64,000 nucleotides of DNA from assembly GCA_964016885.1 (NCBI GenBank), contig OZ024741.1:367784001-367848000 (forward strand), written 5' to 3'. This document shows positions 12,097-25,494 of this stretch, one piece after another. This DNA is from Eledone cirrhosa. Taxonomy: Eukaryota. The position numbers were made by a program, and so were the translations under genes. The notes under the pieces were generated by a model. That model worked only from the letters and a program-made list of their open reading frames with translations, had not been told where the DNA came from and searched no databases. Each line of letters begins with the position of its first letter. The stretch's first letter is position 1.

Positions 12097-12589
12097 ATGC
12101 AGGTCAACCGAAAAGATGGACTTTTATGTGGCAGGTGCACAGGAGAAGTAAGAACTAAGAGCACATGTAAAGTAGATTCCCTCGGTTTCCAGGAGGTTCC
12201 CTAGAAGTTGTTGACAACTTACTTTACCTAGGTGACTTAGTCAGCAGTTGGGGAAGTTGCTCTGAAATTGTGGTAACCAAAGTAAGAATGGGCTGGAAGA
12301 AGTTTAGGGAGCTAGTACCTCAAGTGACAACAAAGGGCTTCTTTCTCAGAGTGAAGGGTAAATTGTATGATGCCTGTGTGCATTGCTACATGGCAGTGAG
12401 ATATGGGCTTTGATTGCAGAAAACCTGCAAAGACTAGAAGGAAATGAAACAAGTATTCTTCACAGTCATAAAGTTTTATGTTCAGTCCCACTGCATGGCA
12501 CCATGGGCAAGTATCTTCTACTATAGCCTCAGGTTGACCAATGCTTTGTAAGAGGAATTTGTTAGATAGAAACTTTATAGAAGCTTGTC

Positions 12590-12670
<81 letters not shown>
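12590..12670. repeat. (TA)n(GA)n microsatellite
   Basis: Visible directly in the sequence. Confidence 0.95.
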
Positions 12671-13209
12671 TCTGTGTGTGTGTATGTCTGTGTTTATGTA
12701 ATCTGTTTGTATATGTCCTATAACTTAAAGATTAAAAAAAGAGGGATAGATAAAATGAGTACTAGATTTGAGAAGAAAATAAATACAGGGTTCAATATGA
12801 TCGACTTCAAGATGATGCCCCAGCATGCTTGGAATTTAATGACTTAAACAAGTAAAATAATAAAAGAATATTAAAATAGCTATCTGTATGAGATGCATGA
12901 TTGTTACATCAAGTTTACATTAAGTTTATGTTAAAGTTAGATACATCGATGGAACTCCGTCAGTTTCAACGATGCGTGTTCCAATTGTTCAATCAATAGG
13001 ACAGCCTGCTTATGAAATTAACGTGTAAGTGGCTGAGCATTCCATAAATATGTTTACCCGTAACATAATTCACTGCTGGTCCTTTGAATTATAGGTACAG
13101 TTTTATAATGATGTTTGTTTATTTGTTTGTCTGTTTAGTTCATTTGTTGGATGGCAGTATGAGTTGCAAAGATGAAGTTGTCAAAGAAGTTGAATGAGCA
13201 AGTAGCTTG

Positions 13210-13825
13210 TTGGTTTTTTTTGTTTTGTTTTTTTAAACACTTTAGTCTTTATTGTGTTGTATCAGATGAAAGAATGGTATTTAACTAATGTATTGGTACG
13301 CGATGAGGCCCACCCACAGCCCCGGCAGACAGAATGGAGAAGGCGTTTCCCTGGAGGACGGCAAAGGAGACGCGCTGGAAAAGCTACTCCAACTCGCGGG
13401 GCTCACACCTGCGGCTGGCCAGCTCAGCACCTATGGTGGTGAGTAAGGAGGTAGCCCTGGGGCCGAGGACACCAGAAGTCTCCACTGCCAGGGGAATGAC
13501 CGCAAACCTGTCGGAGAGCAACTGGTATTTGAGGAGTTTGGCCCCCTCAGCCCGACGTGCAGCAGAACCTGGGTCAGTCGCAGACTGCACCAGGTTGCGG
13601 CTGCAGAAAGTGTTGGTGCAAGTGGCATCCCAGATGAGGGGTTTGCCACCGCGGAACGGGAAGATGGTCATGCCATCTGGCCTTTTGCCGTCCCCTCGAT
13701 CCAGCCCCACCGGCTCGAGCTGGGAAGGGAAGCCTGCAGCGTCCAAGCCATGCTTAATGACCTCGTTGAGGGCAGCATGGCGTGGAATGTGACCGGCACT
13801 GTGGCGACAGGAAAGCGGGTGGTTG
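13210..13825 (-). mobile_element. 5'-truncated CRE-type non-LTR retrotransposon: restriction-like endonuclease domain, 3' UTR and A-rich tail
   Basis: LSCRHSAGHIPRHAALN...EPVGLDRGDGKRPDGMT...WDATC...AEGAKLLKY...PLAVETSGVLG...*LFQRVSFAVLQGNA, followed by AATAAA and an A-rich tail at ~13236-13213. GC-rich relative to flanks. Confidence 0.8.
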
Positions 13826-14689
13826 TTGGTTGCAAGTGAGTAAGTGAAGTATGTCTCGGTGAGTCGAGAAGTTTTGCCATGTTTGAGAAAACAAGTACAT
13901 GTACTCGCTTGTTGTGGTGTGAAGTGATATTACCGTGGGGAAAAGGATTTTCCTAAATCACATGGATAAGAATTAACAAATGAACAAGACGCTGCTAATT
14001 TTAATGGGTTTTTTTCATAGCATGATTTACTTCAAAATTATAAACAATGGAAAAAGATGAAAGTATAGATGCAGTATTTTATGTGTGCAAATACATAGTA
14101 GAAATATTTACTAACCTATGTATCTGTGTAGCAAACTCAGCTAGTGCCAAATCCAGCGGGGCTGGTTAGCAAGTGTGTGGCTACATTGCTAGGCAGACCA
14201 AACCAGCTATCTGTTGCAGAGTTAAAAGGTAGACTTTATTTTGCGGAGTAGAAAAACAGTATGTATCCTGGGAGTCAAAATCTCTTGTATAAGATTTAGG
14301 TCGCCAAGAAACACTAAACAGATGGCTTTTTCAACTGTTCTATGGACACTCTTGCACCTATAACTTTCTACAATAGAACATTACCTAGGTTTTTGGCTCT
14401 GAGGTCACAGGTCAGTTTTTTGTTGGTGTTATGTGGCATGCTAAGAAAAACATCATGGGAAAAATATGTCGAGGTTTCGTTACCCAGTCCACTCGACAGT
14501 CTTGCAAATAGTCTACTGTTTTACTCACAAGATACGAGTTGACCCAAGGATTGTGGTAAATGGTGTTAGAAAGTTACATTGATCAAACAACTGAAACATA
14601 CTCTTTGTTGAAACCAACGGAATATTCATTTAATAATTTAATTTTTTAATTTTTTTACCTTCTTTGGCTGATATTGTGTAGGAAGGTGC

Positions 14690-14825
14690 AGTACCTGCTG
14701 ACGTCAGCACAGCACACACAGCGATGTAAACAAACGGTGGTGATGAGAAAGAGATAGACACCAAGTTGTGATTCATTTCTATATGTTTAGACACTTTTGT
14801 TTATTTATTTACTGCTGACGTCAGG
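14690..14825. promoter_or_regulatory. Candidate enhancer/promoter: two perfect cAMP-response-element palindromes and a forkhead-type site
   Basis: GCTGACGTCAG at ~14697-14707 and ~14814-14824; TGTAAACA at ~14725. Confidence 0.3.
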
Positions 14826-17800
14826 ATATTTTCCCTTTATTTGTTTTCTTTTCTTTTTATTAATCTCCCACCACCATCACCACTTCTTGGCAATGAATCA
14901 CAAATATTGTCATCATCGTCATTCTTATCAACATTCTCATCACCATCGTCTTCTATTTCTTCATTATCATCGTCACCATCGTCTTCTATTTCTTCATTAT
15001 CATCGTCACCATCGTCATCGATGTTGTTGTTTTTGCTCATCGTTTTTATCAACTTCCGTGTTATCATCATTACATGAGACGAAGAGACGAATAAATGCCC
15101 TTTAGTTGATCGTATTTCATCAGCTAACTAATCATCTGCCTATTTATTCAACTACGTATTTATCCGTCCAGCCAATTCATTAGTTCGTCTTGCTAGAAAT
15201 AGCAGCCAAATTACCTCAAACCATACCCTACTGTTAGAATGTCAAGTTGGAACAACATTGTCCGAGATATACAAAAGAAGGGTCAGCCACAGTTCTGCTC
15301 AATCAGGGCTAACTTGAGACCTAAATCTATCTATCTAAATAAAGAAATCTATCTATTTATCTATTTTTCTCTTCCTCTCCATATATATATAAATACATAT
15401 ATACTCACACACATATATACATGTCGGACCTTTTAGAGCAAACCTGTGATATAAGGCATTCCAGCTGTGACCATCACGTTGTTTTACTGTCGATATATAC
15501 TGCATTATTCAAAGTTTTCTTCTGTTTTTATATGGTAGGGTGCTATTTGAGATGGTTGGCTGCTATTTCTAGCAGGTCAAACGACAGCGTGTATATATCT
15601 GTGTGTGAGTATATATGCATAATTGGTATTGTGTTGTTGATGTTAATGTTGGCGTAGTGAGAACGGTTACTATCGTTGTTGTTGTGGGGGTGGAGGTGAT
15701 ATTTGTTGTTATTGTGGTAGTAATATCTGTAGTAGTAGTAGTAGTAGTAACGATATCTATCATTGTTATGGTGACAGTGGTGATAATTGTTGTTTTGGTG
15801 GTGCTAATGATATCTGTGGTTGTTGAGATATTTATGATTTTTGTTGTTGTTGTGTTTGTTGTGTTGGTGATGTAAGCCATATCTGAGGTTGTTGGAGGTG
15901 ATAAGTGTGTGTGCGTGTGTTTGTCAATACTAGGAAAGGCGGATATATTTAGAAAAGAATACCTCAGAAAAATTAACCAATGAGATGGCTAGAACTTTCA
16001 TATTGAGACAGCAACTGAGGGAAGGGGGAAGAGAATAACATATACACACGTGTGTTGTATTTATATTTTTTATGTTCTCTTTTAAATTAATATGAGATTT
16101 ATATTGGCGAAGCTCCTGCTAGGCCCGTTGGTGCTTTGATTAACTAGCTGGATTTATAGTATTTATACTGCACCTACTAACACTGTTATTACCAACAACA
16201 CCACTGCTGAGATGTGGTGAAATTTGACCTATCTTGAATATCTACAATACTTGAGTTCACTAGTTTTTAAAAGTTTTTTTTTTTTGTGCGTGTCAAGAAG
16301 GAAGGTCTTTCTTTTCTCTTTTAAGATATATATTTTTTAATATGTGTGTCACTATCTAACCCAAAACAACAACTTTGCATTATTATTGTTTTTTAATTTA
16401 TGTTGATGCTGTGGTTGTAGAAGGAATTTTTTGATCAAATATTATATATGAATTATATTTATATATTATTTATTCATGTGGATTAACTCTTTAAATTGAA
16501 CAAAACCAAGTTAATAAACTACTCAAAACTACCCCTGATCAAAACTTTAAAACTGAAGACAACAACTTTAAAGATTTCTTGATAATGTAAGTAATAAAAA
16601 CAAGTATATATTTTGTTATTTAATAAAATTCTATATATATTCATGAATATACACACATGCACATTATATATATATATATATATATTGTGTGTGTGTGTGT
16701 CATACATATCTTTTAATGAACTACATATGTATAATATGTTTGACATCTGTATTTACTACTCACTGTTTAAGGATTAGCCCGCCTCGTGGTCTCGACGGCC
16801 AGAATGGACAAGACTGTGCGTGGTATATCTTAATACAAAAGTTAGAGAGACCTGTTTTAAATGTGTACTCAATATGTAGATAAATTGTGTGTGTATATAT
16901 TGTATATATGTCTGTGCGTGCATAAATGTTTGTTTTATAGGTTTGTAAAATAAATATGCATTGAATAAGGACTCCTACAGTGTATATAGTCAACAATTAT
17001 ATAAATACGTATGAATTGAAGTAAATGTCAGGAGCTAAGTTAAATGCACTGTTTAAGTTTATAAGTTAAGATTTAAGCAAAAATATATTACTAAAAAAAA
17101 GTTAATTACTCATCTCGATTTTTTCTTTAATTTTAACCCTTTTTATTAATGCCGTGAATGTTACGGGCCGCGTCAACATTTTTTAGAGGGAAACATCAGC
17201 ATTCTCTTTTGTATGTAATTGAATGAGTATGCCTCCTCTCTCTTTGTCTAAAGTCCTTTTTACTGTTGTATTGCTTTTACTTTAATTGTATTTACGAAAT
17301 AAGAACTGACTTAGAAAAGCAGTTTTCTTGAAGACAACTTCAAACATTAGGATGCATACTATAATTCCCTATAATTTTTGTTCGAAGTTTTGGGGATCTG
17401 GAATTAGTTAATGACAAATATAACGTTCTCCCTATTTTTTTTTTTTTTTTTATGTACAGAATATAATAAATAACGGGTTCTTAAATTATGGTAATTTTTT
17501 TACACAAGCCATATTGCTGTTGGCATTTCCACGAATTATTTGCTATTGATTTTCGCTGGAATAAATGGTTTTTATTTCTGCTTATAAGTTGAAGTGATTT
17601 CCAAACCCATATCCTCTGCTTAATGTTATCAGCCAGTTGTTATCTGAAGGGCTTCTTCCTAAAGTGATCACAAGCAGTTTCCACCGTATACTCACATATA
17701 CAATAAATATATAGCCGTCGAGAAAATACATAGTCTAGAGTTTATTACTATATGTTTATTTAAACTGCCCGAGCTTATAGATTGTAGAACGAGATATGAT

Positions 17801-18479
17801 TATGTATGACATATTTATTCAACTTCTTTATACTTAAACGTATTATGTTTGATACATCTCGTATATAATATATTATTGATTCGAAACACTTAAAACCGTT
17901 ATTAGCTGATTTAATAAAGCACATGTTCATTATATATTCGTTTATCTGTAATTAATACATCCATATATACATATGTGTATAAACATGCATGACAAAATGA
18001 AAGTTTACATTATAATTAGTGGAGATCTATAGTAATTTTCGTTTTAACTAGTATGATTGAACTTAAATATCTGTTTCCCTTTCAATAGTTAAGTTGTTTT
18101 CGAGGGCGATAATTAGTGTTTTATATATGAAGTGCCAGGAAATCCCAGTGGAGGCAGACCAAGAAAGACCTGAGCAGAGGTGGTGTAGAGCTGACCTCAA
18201 ATCGCTGAGACTCAGAGGAGATGGCGAAGGTACGCGGCGTGTGAAGACATGCTCTGCTGAGAAAGACCCGCCCAACCCATGCAAGCGTGTAAAAACTTTA
18301 TTAAAATTAATACAAATTACTGATAACAATTGAAAATGCTGCAAGTTATCAGTAATTTATATTAATTTTAATAAAGTTTTTTTTTTTTTATTGACATTCA
18401 GTAATCGTTTAGTTTACGAACGTAAAATAGTAAATTACCTATATAATTTACTATAGCTTCGGGAATACCTAAGCCTTTT

Positions 18480-18680
18480 TTGGCAGCCCGTCGGGTGGAC
18501 TGTACCTGTAATACAAAGGGGCCAGCATTCTCACACAGTGTGTTTCGCTGATTCTCCCTCAAAATTCCGCTACGGTTTCACGTGTCTGTGGAATGCCTAG
18601 CCACATGCACGTTAATTTCACGAACATGCGCCGTTGATCAAATAACTGGAACTCGTCGGTGACACCGACGAAAGACCATT
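18480..18680 (+). repeat. Dispersed SINE-like repeat domain
   Basis: The motif AAAGGGCCAGC...TCACAC...GTGGAATGCTCAGCCAC...GTTAATTTCA recurs at ~27075-27230 and ~47390-47495, and reversed at ~12950-13100 and ~28430-28560. Confidence 0.6.
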
Positions 18681-20329
18681 CTGTTATATATATACATATA
18701 TATATATATACTCTGAAAAAAAAATATACACACACTCTCTCTCTCTCTCTTCGTGGCGAGAAAAGCTTGTGAAAGCAGCCTTTGTGACTGACATTAAGTA
18801 GCATTAGTACTCTGTTTACTCGACGTAAACAAATGTCTCTAGGGGTGTTGTTGGGGACGAGTTTTCCATGTTTCTTACACATTGGAAGTATATTTTGTCA
18901 ATATTTCTCTTATAATGTGCTCGTAACTTCATACCTAAGCTCTCATAATGTCTTAGTTGAGATTTTGCGAAAATAAGATTTTTTTTTTTTTTTAAACGTG
19001 CTTGTCTGGTAAAACTCCCATTAGTTTTATTTGTCCATATATGTTTGTGTGTGTATAAATAAGCCTCTGCAATATTTCCACCATAAACTTTAAAAAATGT
19101 GTGTATATACAATATTAAAAAATGTGTGTATATACAATATTAAAAGCTTCCATTCCTTATATTTCATTACTGAAAGTGAACTATTACTTACGGGGTCGAT
19201 AAAATAAAGTACCAGTAATGCACTGGGATAATTACTGGCCTTGTGCCAAAAGTAGAAACAATTACTATATTAATGTTTTCATTATTTTGCTCGAATTTTC
19301 TACAACAATCGAACGTATGTGTGATTGACTGTTACATTTAAATTTTATCGACCTCGAAAAGATGAAAAGTAGTCTGCTCTGGTGGGGATTTCAACAAAAT
19401 GAGTTTTTGCTGCTTGTGGTTGTTGTTTGGTCCCATGTTTAGTCATGATCCAGATTGCCCGCTTGGGGGGGAGGGGGTTAGGACTTCATATATTTAACAT
19501 GTTTTTAAGGCAGTAACGTTATTTCAGGGAGAGTTAACTGCTATTTCTAGTAGAAGCTTCCTCGATGTTTCAGCACTTTGTGCGTGTGAATCTTGCTATT
19601 GTTTCCAGTCAGTAGAGAAGTAATTACTTTATTTGCTTCCGTGTTTTAAGTTCAGGTTTTAAAACCTGCCCTGACAGAAATGGCGATTTCACTTTTGTCT
19701 ACAAACCCCAAAAGTTCAAGAAGTATTTGGCAAATAAACAATTTTTTAGTACTTTCACTAAATTTAAAATATATATATATATTTAAAACGGTTATTAAAA
19801 TTATATATTAGTCAGTCATTTGTACAATCCCTTCGTACAAAACTTATTCTTCAACATTTTGTAAGCAAAAGGTTTATATATAGTACACAGTAGGTAAATA
19901 ATGTACAAAATTGACATAACATTAATTTCTACAAACCTATTTCCTATTAGGATCATTGGATCGATAAAATTATATATTAAACTAAACCTTGAATCAATTC
20001 TTCTTATTTAGGATGTCCACTCTTTTTTTTTATATATATATTTTATTTAAAATTGATGAGTCCCAAACACTCAGATTGTTTTTATATCTAAAAGGTTCCG
20101 GCACAAAATGATCACAATAAGCGGCTTCCATTGTACATAACTTGTTCAACATTTTCGACTCGAAAATCAGACGGATTTGTTTGTTCCAACATGATAGATA
20201 TAACAAAGCACATTTGCAATACAATTTGTTTTGTGTGTTTATGTATACTGCTGTATTTGCAGTATAAATATAATGCATTCATATATACAGATCATATCAC
20301 CCGCCCTTAATTTTCAAGAACTTACTGTT

Positions 20330-20975
20330 TGTAGGAGGATCCACCAAAATAAACAATTTAACACCTGAAACAACACAAATAATTGACAACCTAGAAATAA
20401 CAGAATACGTAATGCCACCTGTTTTGGTCCTCTCTACTCTCTCACCATTAAGTCCAATGTAGCTAGAATCTACCTTAACCTAGTAGACAAATGTTCAGTT
20501 GTAATCATAAATATAGAAGCCTTTTTAACAGATAAAGCTATCCTTAAGATAAGCTATAGCTGCACTCCAAAACGTGAAGAAATCATCGCATGTAGATCCC
20601 ACAGCAGCAATTGAAAAAAAAAAGGGTATGTACGGAATTAACAGCAACACAATTCTTGTGACCCTAAAGTTATTAGCTACCAGTTAGAAATCAGACACCC
20701 TAACGCCAACCAAGGCAGCACTGCCAGTTGGTAGATAGAAAATATGGAGGGTAACTATAAGAAATATTATAATAACCACCTGTTAAACTTAAGAAACCTT
20801 AAAAGGTAGCACAAGACCGAACTCTCCAAATGCATCTGGATTTTGAAAGACAAAATCTGATTCAATATAAAATGAAGTATACTAGAAAATTCCAGGAACG
20901 GTTGTAAAAACTGCAGCTCATGCAGTAAAACATTTATCCTGTAACAAATCAAATGTATACATGAACTTGGCAAAA
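20330..20975 (+). mobile_element. Degenerate Penelope-like element (linker / GIY-YIG endonuclease region)
   Basis: Remnants LFNR..LKISYSCTP, TELSKCIWILKDK, FNIK*SILE and GCKNCSSC. Confidence 0.65.
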
Positions 20976-20981
20976 TGCAAA

Positions 20982-21236
20982 CACTTGAGCAAGACACTTT
21001 ATTTCACATTTGCTCCAGTTTACTCAGCTGTAGAAATGAGATGATAGGGACTGGGGTCCATATCATTCCACTGCAAAGTGGTCGTGGAGGTGCCACGGCA
21101 AAAAAGCACCCAGCACTCACTGTAAATGAGGTTGGTGTTAGGAAAGGCATCCAGCTGTAGAAATCGAGCCAGAATCAGTTCCCGTCCCACCCTTGCAAGC
21201 AGGGAAAAGCAGACATAAAATGAAATGATGATGAAT
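20982..21236 (+). mobile_element. SINE family 2, 5'-truncated, with RTE-derived tail
   Basis: Matches the 42759-43095 copy from CTTGAGCAAGACAC onward. Confidence 0.85.
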
Positions 21237-22724
21237 GAAATACATCCTGAAATTTTTCCCCAAAACTCCCTTACCTCAACCAGATTCCTCTCCTCATCCT
21301 CCTTGTCAACACTCTTCTCCCCACTCAAACCAAATCTTGCACTGCATTTCTCCCTTCTTTGCCCAGTTTCTTTTTTTTTTTTTCTCTTCATTCTGACAGC
21401 TGGGTCGGGGGTGGATGGCTTGTAAGTATCCCCACTCCCACCTGTGCAGTCATTTCTGACATCACACCTGAATAATGGAGTTTCCATCCAAATCTACAGT
21501 ATCAGAGCCACAGAACTTTGTTGAGGAAAAAAAGCCTTTTCCTCATTGCTTTATTTTCATAATTGATCCAACTGAAACTCCCCCTCTATCCATAAATACA
21601 TCTGTGATTGTGTGTGTATTAATGCTGTGTGGTTTAGGATTTTGCTTCACAATCCCATGGTTTTGGGTTCAGTCCCATTGCACAACACCTTGGGCATGTC
21701 TCTTCTACTCTAGCTTCAGGTTGACCAATGTCTTGTGAATGAAATTTGGTAGCTAGAAACTGTGCTCAAGCCCATCCTATATATATGTGTGTGTGTGTGT
21801 GTGTACATATATATATTGTGTATATATATATATATAAATAAGAAAGTTATTGCTCCATTCAGCAAACACCCTAAACTGAATGGCAACATGTACCCATGAC
21901 TCCTGCCAAACCAAACCGTACTAACCCTCCACATTTGGCAAAGCAAATGCAGACCTCCCATACTTGGCCTACCTAACCAGACCGCAACACCCTTCTAATG
22001 GGGAAGAGACGTTATCAAGCTGCAGCTGTCATTACGTAGTTTCTATATAATAAAGCCAAAGCTATTATCTGCAGTAACTATGACCCCATTACGTAATCGG
22101 CTGTGCCCCACCTCCTCCCATTGTTTTTCAACTTTAAATCCTCAAACTATCCACTTAGATGACGTAATGTCACACATCGGTAAGTCTAGTTCTTACAACA
22201 TAACATAGAAACAAAAAAAAAATAATAATAAAGAAAATTCCCAAGCCATCAAAAAAACAAGCAAAATGAATCCAAGATGAAAAATACAAGAAGTCTAGTT
22301 CTTCAATATATATATATATATGAAATGAGCATGGAAAATAGGAATACAACGATGATGATCTGTATCCCACCCCTTGTTGCAACCCTGGTGCACCTGTCCA
22401 ACCTATGCATGGAGAGCCAGCACATTCCATAACATACTGCCAAACACAACTCACTCTCTTCAAGGCCACTCCCATCACACGTCAGTTGCTCTCCCAGTCT
22501 GCTCTGTAAAATGCTGGTACTATGAAAAAAGCATCCAGTCCACCCTGTAAAGTAGTCCTACTGGTGTCATGACAAAAAGTACCCAGTTCACACTGTAAGG
22601 TGGTTGGCAATAGGAAGGGCATCCAGCCATAGAAAATCAGGCTAAAAATGGAGTGTATGAGCAAGACATCTTTATCTGACCTCTAACCCATGGAGGCATG
22701 AAAAATAGACATAAATATATATTA

Positions 22725-23556
22725 AAGTATTGATAAGTACGAAAGCGGACAAGACTCTGATTCCATCAGGGAAATGGTCATGCTTGATATGTAAAGGAGT
22801 TGGCATAAACTCTATAGAATGTACACAATGCAGATCTTGAGTTCTCAAGAGTTGTAGTGGGATAACAGGCAAACTAACAGAAAAGGAAAACTTTGTATGT
22901 AGTAGATGTTGAGAGAAAATTGATAGAAGTGTCAATGATAGGCACATTTTTCAAATGCAGGTAGGATCTATCAAGATGGTTGATAGCTTCCGATATCTAG
23001 GTGATCAAATTAGCAAGGGAGGAGGATCTCCAAGGCTATAGTATCTAGAATAAGGACAGGATGAAAGAAGTTTAGGGTGCTGCTTCCTCTGTTGACAATA
23101 AAGGGTTTCTCTCTGTGAACAAAAGGTCAGTTGTGTGACGCCTGTGTGAGATGCGCGATGCTGCATGGTAGTGAGACATGGGCAGCAACTGCTGAGGATA
23201 TGCGAAGGCTTGAGAGAAATGAAGCAAGCATGCTCCAATAGATGTGCAATGTCAATGTGCATGAAAGACCAAGCATAGATGAGTTGAAAGAGAAACTGTA
23301 TAAGAGGAATATACTGTAGTGTCCGGGAGAGAAGACTATGTTGGCATGGCCATGTGATGCGCTGGGTAAAGAAGTGCCAAGAAATCTCAGTGGAAGGATG
23401 ACGCAATAGAGGAAGACCACAAAAATCATGGGTGGAGGTGGTGAGAACTGACCTCAGATCATTGAAGCTCACAGAGGAGATGACGAAGGTCCGTGACAAA
23501 ACAAGAGACGCTGTGCTGAAAAGGACCCATCCCACGCTTGCAAGCATGATGATGAT
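22725..23556 (+). mobile_element. Degenerate 5'-truncated RTE LINE
   Basis: PSGKWSCLIC, DSFRYLGDQIS, HGSETWAATAEDMRRLERNE and a (ATG)n tail; several stops. Confidence 0.88.
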
Positions 23557-24429
23557 ATATACTTCATAAATATATTCTCCACTCATGAGAATTTCAAAAC
23601 TGCACCATCTAAACATAATGTGCTGATTAATAAGTAAATCCCTATCTTATCAAATCTTTGACCCCATATACTATTGTCATTGAGTAAACTAATCTAATTC
23701 AAAACTCAATTCTTGGTAAAGTAATATATAAATATGCGCACAAAATCCCAACTACCTAGTATGCTTAAGAGTAAATATTCCGCTATAGAATATGTCATCA
23801 TTTCTCTCAATTTTCTATTGTTACATCATAATTCTATTGATTAGTACAAAATTGTGTGGTAATTTTCATTTGCAACATAGATATGTACACAATCATTAAA
23901 ATACATACTAACACACATCCACACATACAGTCATAACTCTCACTGTTACTTCCATTAACCAATATCCCTTCCTGTAATGCCACTGCTTTAACAGCAACTG
24001 CATTTGATTATATGTCAGTATATAATGTTCCCTCTTGCTATTATCACTTTCGCTCCAATAAGCACTCCTCTCCCTCTCGCTAACTATGTAGTATATAGCT
24101 TTCTCTTTCTTCTGCCTCTCACTGTTACCACTTTCTCTCCAATAAACGCTCTTCTCTCTTTTTGATTCTTTCCCTATCTGCATAACATATGTTACATAAG
24201 CATATGAATACTATATAGATACTGTTGATTTGTTACAAAAATAATGAGAGAACTCAATGAGTTAGTTGGAATTATATATATTAGCATTAATATGTATTAA
24301 AATAGGTAGAAATAATCACAGATTTTTGCCAACATTCACAGACAATTGGCTCTTCAGATGTTATTAATGTCATTTCCTCTATTAATTTTGACAAAACTTT
24401 GAGCATAATGTAAAATGGGAATGTGTTTG

Positions 24430-25175
24430 TCTCAATAAAACGCACCTAGTACATGCTGAAAAGTGGTAGTGCTGGTGTCACGATAAAACACACCCAATAG
24501 ACACTTTAAGGCGGTAGTGCTGGTGTCATGATAAAACGCACCCAATACACACTTTAAAGCGGCGGTGCTGGTGTCACGATAAAATGCAGCCACAACACAC
24601 TGTAAATGGTTGTGCTGGTGTCACAATAAATCATACCCACTGCATGCTGTAAAGTGATGGTGTCACAATCAGATGAACCCAGTACATGCTGTAAAGTGAT
24701 AGTGATGGTGTCACAAAATGCACCCAGTACATACTGTAAAGTGATAGTGATGGTGTCACAAAATGCACCCAGTACATACTGTAAAGTGGTAGTGATGGTG
24801 TCATGATAAAATGCACCCAGTACGTGTAAAGTGGTAGTACTGGTGTCACAATAAAATGCACCCAGTACTCGCTGTAAAGTGGTAGTGCTGGTATCACAAT
24901 ATAATGCACTGAGTACATGCTGTAAAGTGGTAGTGCTGGTGTCATGATAAAATGTACTTAGTATATGCTGTGAAATGGTTGTGCTGGTGTTACAATAAAA
25001 TGTGCCCAATGTATGCTGTATAGTAGTTGTGCTGGTGTCACGACAAAATACACCCAATACATGCTGTAAAGTGGTTGTGCTGGTGTTTAATAAAGCACAT
25101 TCAGTTCTCTCTGTAAAGTGGTACTGATGGTGTTATGATAAAATGCACAAAGTACATACTCTAAAGGGGTTGGCA
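24430..25175 (+). repeat. Minisatellite, ~15 copies of a 45-48-bp unit
   Basis: Unit approximately CACGATAAAATGCACCCAGTACATGCTGTAAAGTGGTAGTGCTGGTGT. Confidence 0.9.
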
Positions 25176-25459
25176 TTGGGGACTGAAGCGTATAAGCAAG
25201 ACATGGTTATCTGATCTGTCTAGTCTCAGAACATGACAATCCATTCAAACCATACCAGTGATAATGTTGATTGGATTTTAATCTGGTGTTTATTGTAGCC
25301 TACTCATGAGAAAGAACTTCAATGTATAAATAGATCTCTTCAGCTTAGCCAAAATGTTTAACAACAAAGCATGTATAATCTAAGCTCCATTAGATGAAGC
25401 TTCTAAAATGCATGCTTTACTGAAACAATATGGCCATGTTGTAAGAATATTAATAAATC

Positions 25460-25494
<35 letters not shown>

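Larger units (their letters stand above)
10705..12462 (+). mobile_element. Highly degenerate RTE LINE ORF interrupted by two MITEs
   Basis: Remnants of NYRGIKLMDQVMKVTE, FVDLEKAFD, HGSVLS, YLGD and HGSETWAL, with many stops and frameshifts. Confidence 0.85.

Noticed and set aside
14837-15880. Acidic D/E-rich and T/V-rich ORFs
   Set aside because: Translations of degenerate (CAT)n and (GTT/GTA)n trinucleotide tracts.
24430-25175. CRISPR-like periodic array
   Set aside because: Units are contiguous degenerate repeats with no unique spacers and no cas genes, in a eukaryotic context.
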